Counted from the stretch's first letter, positions 48,178 to 61,746 are shown. The stretch: 64,000 nucleotides of DNA from Calcarisporiella thermophila CBS 279.70 (GCF_041956535.1 NW_027192195.1:242336-306335); one strand, 5' to 3'. Notes: generated by a model not told the origin, from the letters alone. Translations and numbers: made by a program.

Positions 48178-48589
48178 ATGGTTGTTCGCATCCGTTTTGC
48201 TCGAATTGGTGGACGCCGGAATCTACCTCATTTTAATATTGTAGTAGCCAATAATCGCGCACGTCGCGATGCAAAACCTCTGGAGACCCTAGGATCGTAT
48301 AGCCCCGTGCCCGATCAACAAGGAATAAAGCACGTTCGACTAAATATGGATCGCACGCGCTACTGGGTGTCCGTTGGAGCACAGCCTAGCGAAAGTGTTG
48401 CGCGCCTGCTGGCAAAAGTAATTTCGAAAGCCCTTTTCTCATTCACATTTGTACTGTATGGCTTATTCATCTGCCATTTTGGCTTCATTTTTTTTCTTTT
48501 TCCTTTAGGCTGGTATTCTGCCCACTCCACCTCGCGCGACTGCTCCAACTCCCTCTCGCTCCACATCAGAACAACCAAATTCGACATAA
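48178..48589 (+). CDS. MRPS16: Mitochondrial ribosomal protein bS16m, 2 exons
   Basis: [11 protein letters not shown]; [21 protein letters not shown]; [12 protein letters not shown]; exon 2 AGILP after intron ending 48508. Confidence 0.93.
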
Positions 48590-50125
48590 ATTGGCTTGCT
48601 GTTTTATATCTTCATTTCAGTTGTTTCTCCTAATTCCTGAACAATATTTCTTTTTATTTTTTCCTATGTATCTTTAATGGTTATATAAAACATGATTATA
48701 GACTCTATTTTTATGTGAGAAGAGAGGATGCAGCCGAATGCGCGCAAGGGTTCTGTTAGGGCTAGATATGGATTCGACATTGTGTCGATAATGAAAATGA
48801 AAATTATATCTGCAATAACTCATGGGAAGAGATTCTCTTCAACAATAAAAAAGTAACAAGAGCAATTACAATCGGGGAGCACCTCAAAGTCGTTTATTTT
48901 GAACCGGGATCGAAATATGGATGAATATTATGCATTTTTTTTTTTGATCGAGATTTGGTAGAGTTATATGAAAAAAAAATTTTTTTTGCAGATTTTGATG
49001 GTGAATATGCTAAAATAATATTTGGAATAAATATTATTATAGGCCAAGCCGCTTCATTTCTACAGGGATTTTCTTCTAGCATTCTTATTCACTTATTGCA
49101 AAAATGAAGCAAAACACACTACATAGTAGATATAATGGATTTGGTAGGGAAAAAAAAAACTGTCCGGAATGATGATGCGTTCTTAGACGGTGATCTTAAC
49201 GTGGGGAAAATGGAAAATTTGCTCGTGCGAGCCGATCCCTGACCTTCTATGGACCCAAAGTTCCATTCCGGTTGCTAATGAAAAAAAACAGTCTAAAACT
49301 TTGATTTTGGGCTAGAATGATAGCGCGGATAGAGAAGCATAGCCGGAGTCATATAAGCAAAGAATGCATGTAAATTGTAATCTCAACAAATATCCTCTCC
49401 ATAGCATCTAGGCCACGCTTATTCCTAAAGCTGTCATGCGATAATCCTTTTCATGTTGGCATATTTCAAAAAAAGGATACCCTGAAATCATTCCCGTACT
49501 TTTTGGGATACATTTTTATATAAAACCTCTTGTCTTGGTCACTTTTTTTTTCTGTTTTTCCTCCTTCTGCTCTCTCTATTTTATATCGCCATCGAACGTT
49601 GTAATTATTATTATAATCACTCTCCTAGGTGTTAAGGGTGCCGTATCGCTATACATTGTGTTCCCCCCCGCTCCTCCCTCTTCACCTATCTGAACCAACG
49701 CGCTCCTCCCTGGTTCATATTAATTCTCATCCTCCCTACCTATTATCGTTGCAGATGGCCATCGTGTTTATTTTATCATAGGATATTTTATTTCTTAATA
49801 CTCTAATTATTTTTTCTTATTTCTTTAAATTTCAAAAGGGCACTCCCAAGTTTTTTTTTTTTTTACTATTATATACCCTCAAACAGCATACCCTCACTTC
49901 GTTTTTGAGCATTGATTATCCAAGGTATACACATCTTATATATATATACTTTTTCTTTTGTTTATTTTTAGAGCATATCTTTACTCATTATATAGAGTTT
50001 TTTTTATACACATTTTCATAAAAACCTCTCTAGAACCTCTATCATATTCGTTTTCTTTTTTTTACATACCCCCTCCCCCTTAAGTGTATCTTTTCAAGAC
50101 GGAACAACTTCGAGAAAAAAGATTC

Positions 50126-53100
50126 ATGCTTGGCGCAGTCGGACACCCACAGCGACTTACCGCTGACCACTCGCACCAGCAGCAACAAGGAGCCAAACCT
50201 CCCTACATCAAAAGCTCAAATCCGTCTGCACCCCTCTTCGGCGACTCCATCTCTACTTGCAAGGATTCTCTTCTACGCCACCGCTCATCCTTCCCCGATC
50301 TTAGTGGCAAACCGCCTCCACAGCCGCAGCAACCGCAATCCATGGAATGCCTTCCTCCCCCGCCGCAACAGCAACCAAACCGACGATCCATTGACGTCGA
50401 TCCCTACGCATTTTCCCTTCTGCCCAGCCCCGTCGTGGGCGATGAACAATACTCGCCTTTGTTCACAAGTGAATCGTTCTCACGCTCTCCAGCCGCAACC
50501 CCCTCTACCCCCACTCTTCCCACCTCTGCTGACCAAATGGTTCATCCCCTGCAGTCCCATAATCATCCAGAGTCCACCAAGCCTCCACTCTCCAAACATC
50601 TGAGTCTCCTTCCACGAGTGGATCCCGAGACCATTGTCAACAGTCTCGGAATTGCCACCCAGGAGGGGATTCTAGGGATAGGACGCCGTCGAAGTGCCGA
50701 CTCCTTCCGGTCATTCTACTCCAACGAAAGCAGTGGAGCCAACAATGGAGGCATGGGTAGTGGAGCTTTTGGGGCAAGTCCGAGTAGCAGATCCCCCTCC
50801 GTATCCTATTTTCCATACATGGCCAGCACGCAGGGATCCACTGAGCCATCGACTCCCAATCTAGATTGTGGTGATTTTGATACCCTACCCCCCAATGTTG
50901 CTCGGATGAAGCTGGTGGAGAGCATGAATACGGTAACACAGTTGCGTTGGCAACTCAACACCGTCAATGTCGAGTTGGAAAGGGTAAATATTTTTCTGTC
51001 TCGAGCTACTCTTTGATCAATCTCAGTTATCAAACTAATCTATCCTTTGTGTTTTAATAAACCATCGTAGTATCGCCAGGGATGCTCCACATTGAACCAA
51101 ACTCTGCACTCCAAAGAAATGGAACTGCGTGACCTTCAGGCTCAATTTGTGATCGCCCAACAACGTCACGAGAAAAATACTTCCCTTCTCACCTTTAAGG
51201 AGAAGGAGATCACAGTATTACAAAAGCTGCTGGAGAAGAGTCTCTCCCGTAACAAGGGTGGTGAGAATACCCAAACACCAGCAGATGATGAGCTGGAGGT
51301 GGAAGAAACGGAAGCCATTCGGCAGCTGCGCCAGTTATTAGGAGAGATGAGCAACATTGATGCAGCAAGGAATGATTCTGAGTTGGAGCGAGAGATCACG
51401 CGGTTGAGACAGGAACTAGCAGATATGGGAAAGCGAGCAGGAGCTCAGACTGCTGAAATTGAGGAAATGAGAACTAAACTTGCGCGAGCAATGCAAGAAG
51501 TGGGGATGCGCGAAAGAGAGGTAGAGCAGCTTCGAGCAGAGCTGAGCCGAAGAGGAAGTGCTCCGACTCAATCCTCGTCAGTTTCCTCTGTCCCGACTCC
51601 TGTAGGTAGAGGAATGAACACATTGAGCACAATCGGAAGATCAGTTAGCGATTTTGGAGAAATGGACACATTTGCCGAGCCAGAAGTGCTCACGCGCTCA
51701 AAAAGCGGACGGTCGGCATCTACAATCAGCACTGAAGAGGTAAGTTTCAACATACATAGAATTTCGGCAGGTGTCTAATTTTTGTTGGATCTACAGCTCT
51801 CTACAAATCGATTGTCCGGTCCGATTTCTGCTTGTCAACAAGAGCGAGGTCACTTCCGTAAGGCGCTGGACAAGCATACTAACGCGGACTGGCAGGTAAT
51901 ATTTTCTGTTCTGTTGTGACGAGGCAATGTTCAAGCGCTTATACTTTCTTCTCCCATATTCTCACATGTCCAGTTATGCGTTGACCGCATCATCAATCAA
52001 ACTGACCAGCAAGCGTCCATCTTTCTTCAGCAGAAGCTCAAGTGTGTTCATGGAGAACAGAAGCAAGCCATTTTTGATGCTATTCTTTCTCAGGCATATG
52101 GTCTAATGACGAATCGGTTTGGGAACTTCCTGGTGCAGCGCTGTTTCGAGTTCGGCAATGAGCAGCAGGTTCATGCAGTTGCCAATTCGATGCGTGGCAA
52201 TATTCTCTCTCTCGCATGCGATCCATTTGGATGTCATGTTGTGCAAAAGGCCTTAGACAATGTGGATGAAGCAACGAAAACTAGCATGGTGACTGAAATG
52301 TTCCGCAAGATCCCTGAGACCATTACGCATAAGTACGCAAGTCATGTGTGGCAAAAAATATTTGAAATTCGGTGGTCTTCGTCGCCACCAGCCGTCATGA
52401 CCTACGTGAATAATGCGATAGCAGGTTCTTGGCATAAGGTCGCGTTGGACGAGACGGGGAGTTTGGTTGTTCAGAACATTTTCGAAAACTGCTCCGAGCA
52501 AGACAAGGTAGGCAGTGCATCTGACTATTCATATCGAGATGATTTTTGATTTACCCCAATATGTCTCTTTCTATAAGCGCTCTGTCATTCATGAGGTCCT
52601 TAATCACATTGTTTCGATTTCTAAAGGCCAATGGGGCAATTGGGTTATCCAGCACATCATCGAGCACGGGGCAAATCAAGATCGAGAGAAGGTGATGCAG
52701 ACCATCCTGGAGCAAGTTGTCTCGCTTAGCATGGACCAGTATGCAAGCAAGGTGGTCGAGAAAGCGCTCAAGACCGGGAGTGAGAGCGTGATGGAAAGCT
52801 TTATCCAAGAGGTATTGCGCCCTTCACCAGACCGGTAAGTCTACACTCTAATACCATCTTGCTGCAATCGAATACTCAAACGTTTCATCTATTCTTGCCA
52901 GTCCGCGTATTCCCCTCATAGATATTGCCTCCGACCAATACGGCAATTACATTGTGCAGTTTATCCTCAACAACGCCAATGAGCGCCAGCGTGAAGTGTG
53001 CGTGCAGCAAATTCGGAAACATATGGTCAGTTTACGTGGAAGCAAATATGGCCAGAAGGTTGCATTTGTCGTTGAAAAGCTACGACAGATGGGGCAACAA

Positions 53101-53139
53101 TTGCCCAGTGGTGCAAGGACACCAAGTGATAATGTTTAG
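50126..53139 (+). CDS. Pumilio/PUF-repeat RNA-binding protein with coiled coil (Mcp2-like), multi-exon
   Basis: Low-complexity N-terminus, coiled coil, then eight PUF repeats (DQQASIFLQ, FGNFLVQ, FGCHVVQ, YASHVWQ, TGSLVVQ, WGNWVIQ, YASKVVE, YGNYIVQ). Confidence 0.9.
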
Positions 53140-53609
53140 AGTATGCCCAGTAGTTAACCTTTATTTTCCTTTCAGCTCTTTTTTTTTTTAAGGCTTCACT
53201 AATTTTGCTGGATCTCTTTCTTCTATTGCTTTTTTTTATCATTGATTTTTGCAATACCTAAATTTATTATTTTTTTCGTTTTCTCTTGCTTTTAATCAAT
53301 AATTTTATCCTAGTTTTTTTCTCTATTTTTTTTCTTTATTCAAACATTTTTTTCTTCATTTTATTCTTTATTTTTTGAATTTTATTTTCCATTGTGTTTG
53401 AAGGAGAAGAAAAAAGAGGAGCTCTATTGAAATAAAATAAAGGTGTTTTTTAATATGCAGTTTATTGGCTATATCTGATGGCACAAGATTTGGGGAAAAG
53501 CGAGTTGCCCGATTTTTCCGAGTGTCATTTTTACTCAACAAATATCGAATAGTATTTCACTTCATGGCGAATTCTCAAAAGTTTTAATAGAACCACTCAT
53601 TGGATAATC

Positions 53610-55752
53610 ATGCTTCTCATTCCCAAAATTTATCAACGCATTTCGCCCCACAGTGCAACTGCACATTTCTTTAGGAGTACTGGCCGTCATTTTAACACTC
53701 GTAGTTCTAGAGTACTTGCGCAATCCACGTATGAGATACTCGATAAGGGCTCGGGTGAGGATGGGATAAGAAATTCAAAAAACATTTGTCCATCACCTTT
53801 TTACAACCAAGGTAAAGACCTAGCGCCGTCTCCTGGCGTGTTTCCCCCGAGAATAGAAAATTTCATATCGTTATATCTTATCACTTTCTGAGTTGTATTA
53901 ATAATATCTTTAATTCGCGTTGATTTTTTTTAGGCACCGCCACTCCCATCCACTTGCGGTCCCACTTTCGACTTCATGGACACCTCACTTCAAAAATTGA
54001 ATCCCCCGCTCTTCAAAAGGAACGTGCCCGAGAATTTCTCAGAACAAAACCTACGGCACTAGAAAAATACGTATTTCTCTCGTGGCTTCGCAATACTAAT
54101 ACGCATCTTTTCTATCAGTTGCTACTCGAGAATTTCGAGGAATTGCTGCCAATTGTCTATACTCCAACAGTGGGAGAGGCTTGCTTGGAATTCTCACGCG
54201 TTGGACCTTTTTTGGCCCCACCAGGAGTGCCCGATGGCCTATTTCTCTCGCTCAAAGATTTACCAAACCTCCGGGAAATAATACGAAATTACGCACCGTT
54301 TCCCCCAGATCCATCTCTCACACCCCAGATTGCTGTGATAACGGACGGTTCGCGTATCCTCGGTCTAGGCGACCTGGGCGCTAATGGAATGGGGATCGCC
54401 GTAGGAAAACTTCAGCTTTATGTTGCAGCAGCGGGAATCGACCCTAGACGGTGTCTACCCATTTGTATTGATGTCGGGACGGATAATGAAAAATACTTAG
54501 CCGATCCTCTGTATCTTGGGCTTCGTCAGAAAAGGTAGACTAGCTCAGCAATGCTATTTGTTTATTTTTGAAATCACTAACATATCTACTATTATTAGGC
54601 CAAATGATAAAACCTTCCATCATTTCGTTGATCAAGTATTGAATGAAATCTACGCGGCATATCCTAATATCTTAGTGCAATTCGAAGACTTTTCCTCTGA
54701 ACACGTAAGTCTCCTTTATATGTTTAACCCCCACCTTTGATTTCCCATTTTCGACGCATTTTCTACTTCTCTAGGCATTCTCCCTTCTTGAAAGTTATCA
54801 ACACAAACACCTCTGTTTCAACGACGACATCCAGGGAACTGGCGCAGTCATCCTTGCAGGGTTTTTCAACGCCGTTCAAAACGTTGCCTCGCACGTTTCC
54901 CCAAAAGATCATCGTATTCTCTTCTTCGGAGCCGGCTCAGCAGGAGTGGGCGTCGCAAAACAACTTCTCACCATCTTTGAAAGCCAGGGAATGTCAGAAC
55001 AAGAAGCACGTGAACGCATCTGGCTCGTCGACTCCAAGGGGCTGGTTACAGTGGAACGTGGAGACAAGCTTGCGGCTCATAAAACCTATTTTGCAAGGAG
55101 AGAGAGCATCGGAAAGCAGGTGCGTAGCTTGTTGGAGGCTGTGGACTATGTCAAACCCACAGCGTTGATAGGCCTCTCGGCGGTGCGCGGTGCTTTCGAC
55201 AAAAGCATACTGCGACGCATGGGAGAATTAAATGAGAAGCCGATCATCTTTCCCCTGTCAAATCCACTTGAACGTGCCGAATGCACCTTCGAGGAAGCCA
55301 TGAAATATACAGATAACCGAGCCGTGTTCGCATCAGGTACCAAATTCCCACCCTATCGGGTCCCAGACACAAAGCAGGAGCTCATCGGGGGTCAAGGCAA
55401 TAACCTGTACCTCTTCCCCGGCTTGGGACTTGGGGCCATCCTGTCCAAGTCGGTCCACATCTCCGATGGAATGATTAATGTCGCGGCAAAGGGCCTAGCA
55501 CAGTCGTTGACACCTGAGGAAAGGTACCAGAAGGTCTTGTTCCCCTCCCTCACCCGAATCCGCAGAGTCTCTGCCGAGGTTGCCGCTGCAACCTGTATTG
55601 AATCGGTTCGCGCAGGTTTGGCGAGAGATCCAGAGATACACCGCCGTGTGCAGGGGTTGCTGGAGCGTCATACCGAGGCGGCGTGGAATAGCCTAGTAGA
55701 GTTTGTAGAATCAAAAATGTGGAATCCATGGGACGGATATGGGATGAATTAA
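53610..55752 (+). CDS. NAD(P)-dependent malic enzyme, probably mitochondrial, 4 exons
   Basis: LPIVYTPTVGEAC; TDGSRILGLGDLG; VQFEDF; FNDDIQGTG; GAGSAG; FPLSNP; GQGNN.YLFPG; Arg/Ser-rich presequence. Confidence 0.95.
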
Positions 55753-55852
55753 GTGTGTGAGCAACCAAAAGAATGGGGCTCAAATTTAAATTCAAGATAT
55801 AATTCAATATGTAATTAAAAGAATTAAAATAAGATTTTTCATCAAAATGAAC

Positions 55853-55926
55853 TGCTCGTGACAGGGATCGAACCTGTGACCTTGGCGTTATTAGCGCCAC
55901 GCTATAACCAACTTAGCTACACGAGC
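55853..55926 (-). tRNA. tRNA-Ile (anticodon AAT)
   Basis: GCTCGTG/CACGAGC acceptor stem, D-arm, TGGCG-CT AAT AA-CGCCA anticodon arm, GTTCGATCC T-loop, discriminator A. Confidence 0.95.
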
Positions 55927-55994
55927 TCGTATCATATTACTTGTTGAAGGAAGTTTAGTATAATATGGATCAATGGCGCAGTTTGGGGATGGCT

Positions 55995-56210
55995 TGGATT
56001 TAGTGGCTTACGCGTCCTTGAATAGCATAGTTAAGAGCTCCGGAGCTTAACCATTGTGTGTTGGGATCGATTCCCGGTGACGGCACCCGTCCATGAGAGT
56101 TTGCCGGGTTTTTCTCAGGACTCAACCGCTAGGCTATAATGTTGCCTAGAGTTGTGGTAACGATATATCATATTAGTTACTTATCTGATGGGCCAAATAC
56201 TGTCCAATAA
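55995..56210 (+). ncRNA. tRNA-like Pol III element (pseudo-tRNA, tRNA-derived SINE head or structured ncRNA)
   Basis: A-box-like TGGATTTAGTGG (55995-56006), T-arm/B-box TTGGG-ATCGATT-CCCGG, tRNA-like end TGACGGCA, additional hairpins, T5 run at 56109-56113; no proper acceptor stem or anticodon arm. Confidence 0.5.
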
Positions 56211-58651
56211 CGTGGTAGATCTAAATTTCTTCTCTATGCAATCCCTAATTTCCACAAAAATTCCCTCCGTCTTTGTTCAAGTGGTAATGAAATTGGGAGG
56301 CATAAAATGCGAATGTACATTCCGTTGCTACATGCAATATCGATAGTCCAAGTCGCCTCCTAGTCTTTCCTGAATTAGCAATACTAATGGATAATGGACA
56401 ATAACAAACCTACAAATGCGATATGTTGGAACCCAAATCCGGCTAATAAAATAGATTGACATATACTTGAAGACAATCGAAATCGTCAGCCCATCAATAC
56501 CGTTTGAATATCTGCTTCGAATTATACATTGAATAATTCCTCTGTTTAACAGCTGTTGAAATAATTCCTCTCCCATCTAAAATACTCATAAATGGTAAAT
56601 TGATCCCATCCGTTCCCAGATTTCGAAAAGGGATATGATGTCGGCATCTGGCACACTTTAATTGGAAACCATCATCTTAGCAAATTGAACATTATTTATT
56701 GACTAGCACTTCTGGGCCGGAAAAGCAGGCGCACAGAATTGAATAAAAAGAGTCTGAAAATAACAAAAAATAAAAAATAGTCGGATATTTCTAACGAGTA
56801 GTGAACGTGTAATTCATTTTATGATGTTAGGAAGAAAACACAGATTGTCATAAGTTCTCGTAAGATCTTATGATATGGACATGATATTAATAAAAACCCC
56901 TATGTAATGTATTAATTTGCTTTGTTTTTAATATATACTTATCGAATTCGGATCGATGGCGCTGTTGCAGCAGTTAGCTTGGAGCAGGAACATACATTTC
57001 AGATGCAAAAAAAAAGTATGTACAATAAATTAAAAGAGTAAAGCGCATTTTGTCAGTGATGAATGCGCCTTAATGTGGATGCTTGAAATACAACCTAGTG
57101 ACTGAAAGAATGAAAATGAACTCATATGAGAAATCACACTTCTTCGGTGGCTCGCATACAATTGAATATGAAGCCTAGAAAAAATGGCTCTGATTCAGCC
57201 GCTCAGCTTTTTAATCAGAGGAATACCTAGGCCGTGTAATCTTCACATGATAACATCAGCATTCTATTATCACGAGAGATCAACATAATTTTTTTCTAGC
57301 ACTTTTGCCTATGAATATACGTAAGGAGCTTGACTGAACATCCCAGATCATCTCAGTCAGCGCCTCATCCATCAAACTTATCACCAAAACATATCAAGTG
57401 GCCAGATTTGTGTCCTGATAGCCAACATTGCTCTAATTGTGTTTAGAAGCACTTTTTGTCACTCCAGATATCACCAGCTTCGATTCTTCCCCTATAATTC
57501 GGTAGGAAACAGAATCGCAGAGATTGACTCAATAGAACTGATCTAGATACGTTATATGCTTGTTGGATTCTAAATCCTCTATTTTCATTCAACTTGGTAG
57601 ATTGCATCCATTTCTATAATAAATGACCTAAAGATATTCTTTTAAATAGATATTGAGGCTATCAGTAAAAATGTCGATTTTCAATTAATGGGGTACAGAC
57701 TGAATTGAAAATAGTCGCCATTAGCAGCTGAGCCAACGCTAGCCTCTCGCCTAGAGTTGGCCAATTAACAATGGACAAAATTAGATATATTTTGTCCAAT
57801 GTAATTCATCTGCCTTCTACAATAGGATAGCTCTATTACTGGAAGATCCTGTGTCCATGCGCATTCTCGATCTAATGAAGGATACAAGTGCACGCCGATC
57901 CTCTTTTTTCTAAGCTTGATGCACAGTCATTTTCATTCACTTAAACTGGAGCAAATATGGAATGAGGCAATCCAAGTTTCATTTCGAAAAAAAAAGGTGG
58001 CGGAGAGAAAGAAAATGTACAAAAGAGATGTTATGATCAGCTAGGTTTAACACTTCTCCTGGATGTAACCCTGGTAAGAATATGAAAGACAATAATAATA
58101 AAAAGAAGGCTGCGAGCATTTCTTCGTACTAAGTCATCATTCTAGCAAGGTTTTGGTACTAGGAACATTTTGTGTATTCTGAAAGTATAAAGAAAAGCCC
58201 GGGAGATTGAGCCTCTTCATCGCTATAATAGCAAACTTAATGCAGACATATTATAGGCTATCCTTTAGCCAACTTAGATAGAGACCCGATGGCAAAGGTT
58301 CGCTATCTATTAGCAACAGTGACACTAGCCCTATAAACAAAGGATGCAGAGAGCTTGTCAGGGCTTCAAGTAGTATGGCTGGTTTAAAGGATGATCTAAT
58401 AGGCATGATTAATACGGATTGGGTCCCCTGGTGGCGAGTGGCCTAGTTTCAAAATTTACCCCATAGTAACCGACCATGCTAAGCCACAGTAAAAGTACGC
58501 GTTTATCCAATCGAAACCTGACACACAAAAAAAAAATATCAGCGAAAATAGAGTCTTTAGGATCGTGTTTTAAAACAACATCCTTTAACTCCATTCTTTT
58601 CTATAACTTGTGGGCAACGATCCACTCTTTTTCAATTTCAACTACGTGGAA

Positions 58652-60071
58652 ATGGACAAACCCGGTATATTCGTGGCCTATAGTGCCCTGGGTATAATGG
58701 CCGTTGCGCCAATCTACTACGGATCCCTCTATGCGCTTAGGAAGGCGAAGGTCTGAGCTGAGCTTTGAGTAGCGTTAGTCATTGGCTTCTTACTAAATTC
58801 TCCCTTTTCTCTTGCAGCTTCCGAAGGGCGTGAAGGCACCTAAACCCGCGTCCGATTCCGAGGATGAAGATGTCACCCCTGAGTCGCTCTCCTCCTCTGA
58901 CGCTTATTTGTTCCCAGTGTTCGGATCCATCGCGCTCTTCACGCTCTTCCTCGTGTTCAAATATCTTGATCGCTACTATGTTAACCTGCTTTTGACCGCA
59001 TACTTTGCCGTGCTCGGTATTGCCTCGGTTACCCATGTTGGCGCGCGTTTTATCCGTGGAGTTACTGGCTTGCGCCTTTCGCCCTATAAGCTCTCCCTAG
59101 TACACAAACACAAGGTGCTGTATGCGAGCCGCTTCACGGAGCTCCACTTTGTTGCGGGAGCCGCCTCGCTCCTGTTGACGGTGTATTACGCCTGGACTAA
59201 GAACTGGATTGCCTCTAATGTCTTTGGAATCTGCTTTGCCATGAACGCAATTGAACTGCTTTCTCTCGACTCATTCAAGACGGGCATCATCTTGCTGTCG
59301 GGCTTGTTTGTCTATGACATCTTCTGGGTGTTCGGTACGACGGTCATGGTCAGCGTTGCCACGAATTTCGAGGCGCCCATCAAGGTAGTTTTCCCCAAGG
59401 ACTTGCCTGCTCTGATTGCCGGTGAGGCCCCCGGATTCACTCTGCTAGGCTTGGGAGATATCGTCATCCCTGGAATTTTCGTTGCTCTGTGCCTGCGATT
59501 CGACTACCACTTGGCGGCGCACAAGGACCCCAGCAAAGCGGTGGGCTACCGCCGAAACGCCGGGTTTATCAAGCCCTATTTCACCTCGTGCTTTGTGGCT
59601 TATGTGCTCGGCTTGGTGACCACTATTACGGTTATGCACGTTTTCAAGGCTGCCCAGCCCGCACTGCTCTACCTTTCGCCCGCCTGTATTCTTGCCGCTG
59701 TGGGGACGGCCGCGGTCCGCGGGGAGCTGAAGGAGCTCTTCAAATACACGACGGAGGAGGAGGACGAGGAGGCCAAGAAGAAGGCAAAGGGGAAGAAGTC
59801 TTCGGGCAAGAAGGGCAAGAAGGAGGATGGTGACGTGGAGAGGGAGCACACGCCCGAGCCCGACGCTACCAGGTCCGCTGAGCCTCAGACCCCCTACAAC
59901 CTGCGCCGTCGCCAAGCTTCAAAGGAACCCGAGGTCGAGGCCGAAGATGAGGAGGACACCCCCACAGCCGGAGATGAGGACGAGGGCGAGAAAACCGCCA
60001 AGAGCGCCAGTAAGAAAGGAAGAAAGAAGAAGAATGGGGGACGAAAGAAGACCGGCTCTCCCTCGCCTTAA
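58652..60071 (+). CDS. Signal peptide peptidase (GxGD intramembrane aspartyl protease), 2 exons
   Basis: LFVYDIFWVF, LLGLGDIVIPG, AQPALLY motifs; intron 58751-58817; Lys/Glu-rich tail. Confidence 0.95.
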
Positions 60072-61746
60072 GTAGAAAACATCTTTTCAGTGTTTTTGTT
60101 CTTCATTCTTCCCCTAGTATATTTCTTTTTTATATTATCATGGATTTACGGATTTTTTTTTTTTGTTCGCTACTGTCCTGTAACGTGTGAATTTGTTTAC
60201 TTTTTTTTTCGCTTCCTCGGGCAATCCTTTATTTTAATGTGATTTTTCCTCATTTTACTTTTTTTTTCTCCCCTCCCCCTCCCCTGTTACTTTCCGTGTC
60301 TGTTCTATAGAAACATGAAGCGATCAGTATGTTTCGGAGCGATACACTGGAATTTCCTTGGGCAAAGGATCCTCCTGATCTACCGTCGGCAGCCAGATTT
60401 CATCCTGCATAAGACATTATTAACATGAAAAAAGAAAACACATACAAAAAATATAAAGCCAAGTAGGCCGAGGCCACAAGGAGCGAGGCCGCCGCTTTCC
60501 TACCCGTTTCTTCTTGAGATCCATGTCAGCAGAGATCGTAGCCGCATTGTGGATTTCCCTTTTCATTTATGGTTTTCATATAACTCTAAGTGACTGCAAC
60601 GTGCCATAAATAGGGATAAGGTCATGCGCCCGGTATGGTTAGCGGTTGCAGCAACGCCTTGATTTGGAAAGTATTTCTCTGGGAAAAGTCTTGGGTGCAC
60701 GAGCATCGACTCCCTCCTCTCACCTCGTCTTTGTTCATGATCTTGCATCTGCCGCCTAATGATTGATGTATCGGGTGATTCATCTTAGTGACCCGTCCTT
60801 GTTCAAGCCAAAAAAAGGAGGCAAGCGAGAAAGAGGGGCTGCATAGGTCTCATTATTTTTTCTTCACCTTGAAGTCACAGGCGGGTGAACGATAGAGCGA
60901 ACCCACTTTTCTGCTTTGGCTGCGGGTGAGGAAGATTGGGGAAGGGGGAGGGGGGGAGCCTAGAACAGTGGTGCAGGGAAAAATAGAAAGAGGAGCGAGA
61001 AGGAGGGCGCGGATGGAAGAAAATCCAGTTGCTCGTCCTGGACAAATCCTCGTCCCGCACGGCTGGAACGGGCAGTTGGGAACAGGGGGGTGTTCGCCAG
61101 TTTAACCTTAAGGTCTTTATTTTTGATTAAATTCGACTGTGATCTCCCATTGCCGTTCATGAAACTCTAAAGAGAGTTTCGTCATCCAACCTTTTCAAAG
61201 TGACAATCCGGTCTTCATTATTACCGCCTACTCTGCTTACGCTTCCGTATCAGCAGTCTTTCCTTATTCGGCCGCATTCCAAACTCTGGATCTCAGCCCG
61301 ACCGTTAGGCAGCAGCGGGTGGCTTGCAGCGGCAGAACTGAGCATGAGAAGGCCAAAGGGGAGAGAGGCAGGGGGAGAAAAAGGCAAGAGGCAGCGCGCG
61401 GCCCAATTTATTTTTTTTTTTTCCATATTGCTCTGCTGAGTATATTGGCCTTGGTACTCGTGCAGCCAGCCACCTTTTTGCTGCTTGCGCAATTTCTCTT
61501 TTTCTGAGGAAACCCTAACTGGGCCCCTCTTCCTTTCCTTCTCATTTTCCTTATTTTGCCGGTGGTCTTCACAGATGCATGGAGCACTATGCACGATGGC
61601 GACAAAACCAGGACCTCCTACTTTGCATTGTGACGTTCGGGCCATCCCCAGACGTTTATCCTTTCAAGTTGTTTTTCTTTTGGGCCCACTTTCTTTTACA
61701 TGCTGTACGCTCCGACGAATGAGTGGGATCGTAGAGGGGAGCGCCT

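Noticed and set aside
49164-49271. Possible C/D-box snoRNA (ATGATGA at 49169, CTGA at ~49239, short flanking inverted repeat)
   Set aside because: No recognisable rRNA-antisense guide and terminal stem not adjacent to the boxes; such motifs arise by chance
55995-56085. Selenocysteine tRNA (Sec use is known in a few early-diverging fungi)
   Set aside because: No TCA anticodon loop and no extended acceptor stem; no in-frame TGA needed in any gene model here
56185-56220. Hammerhead ribozyme core
   Set aside because: CTGATGG instead of CTGATGA and no GAAA core segment
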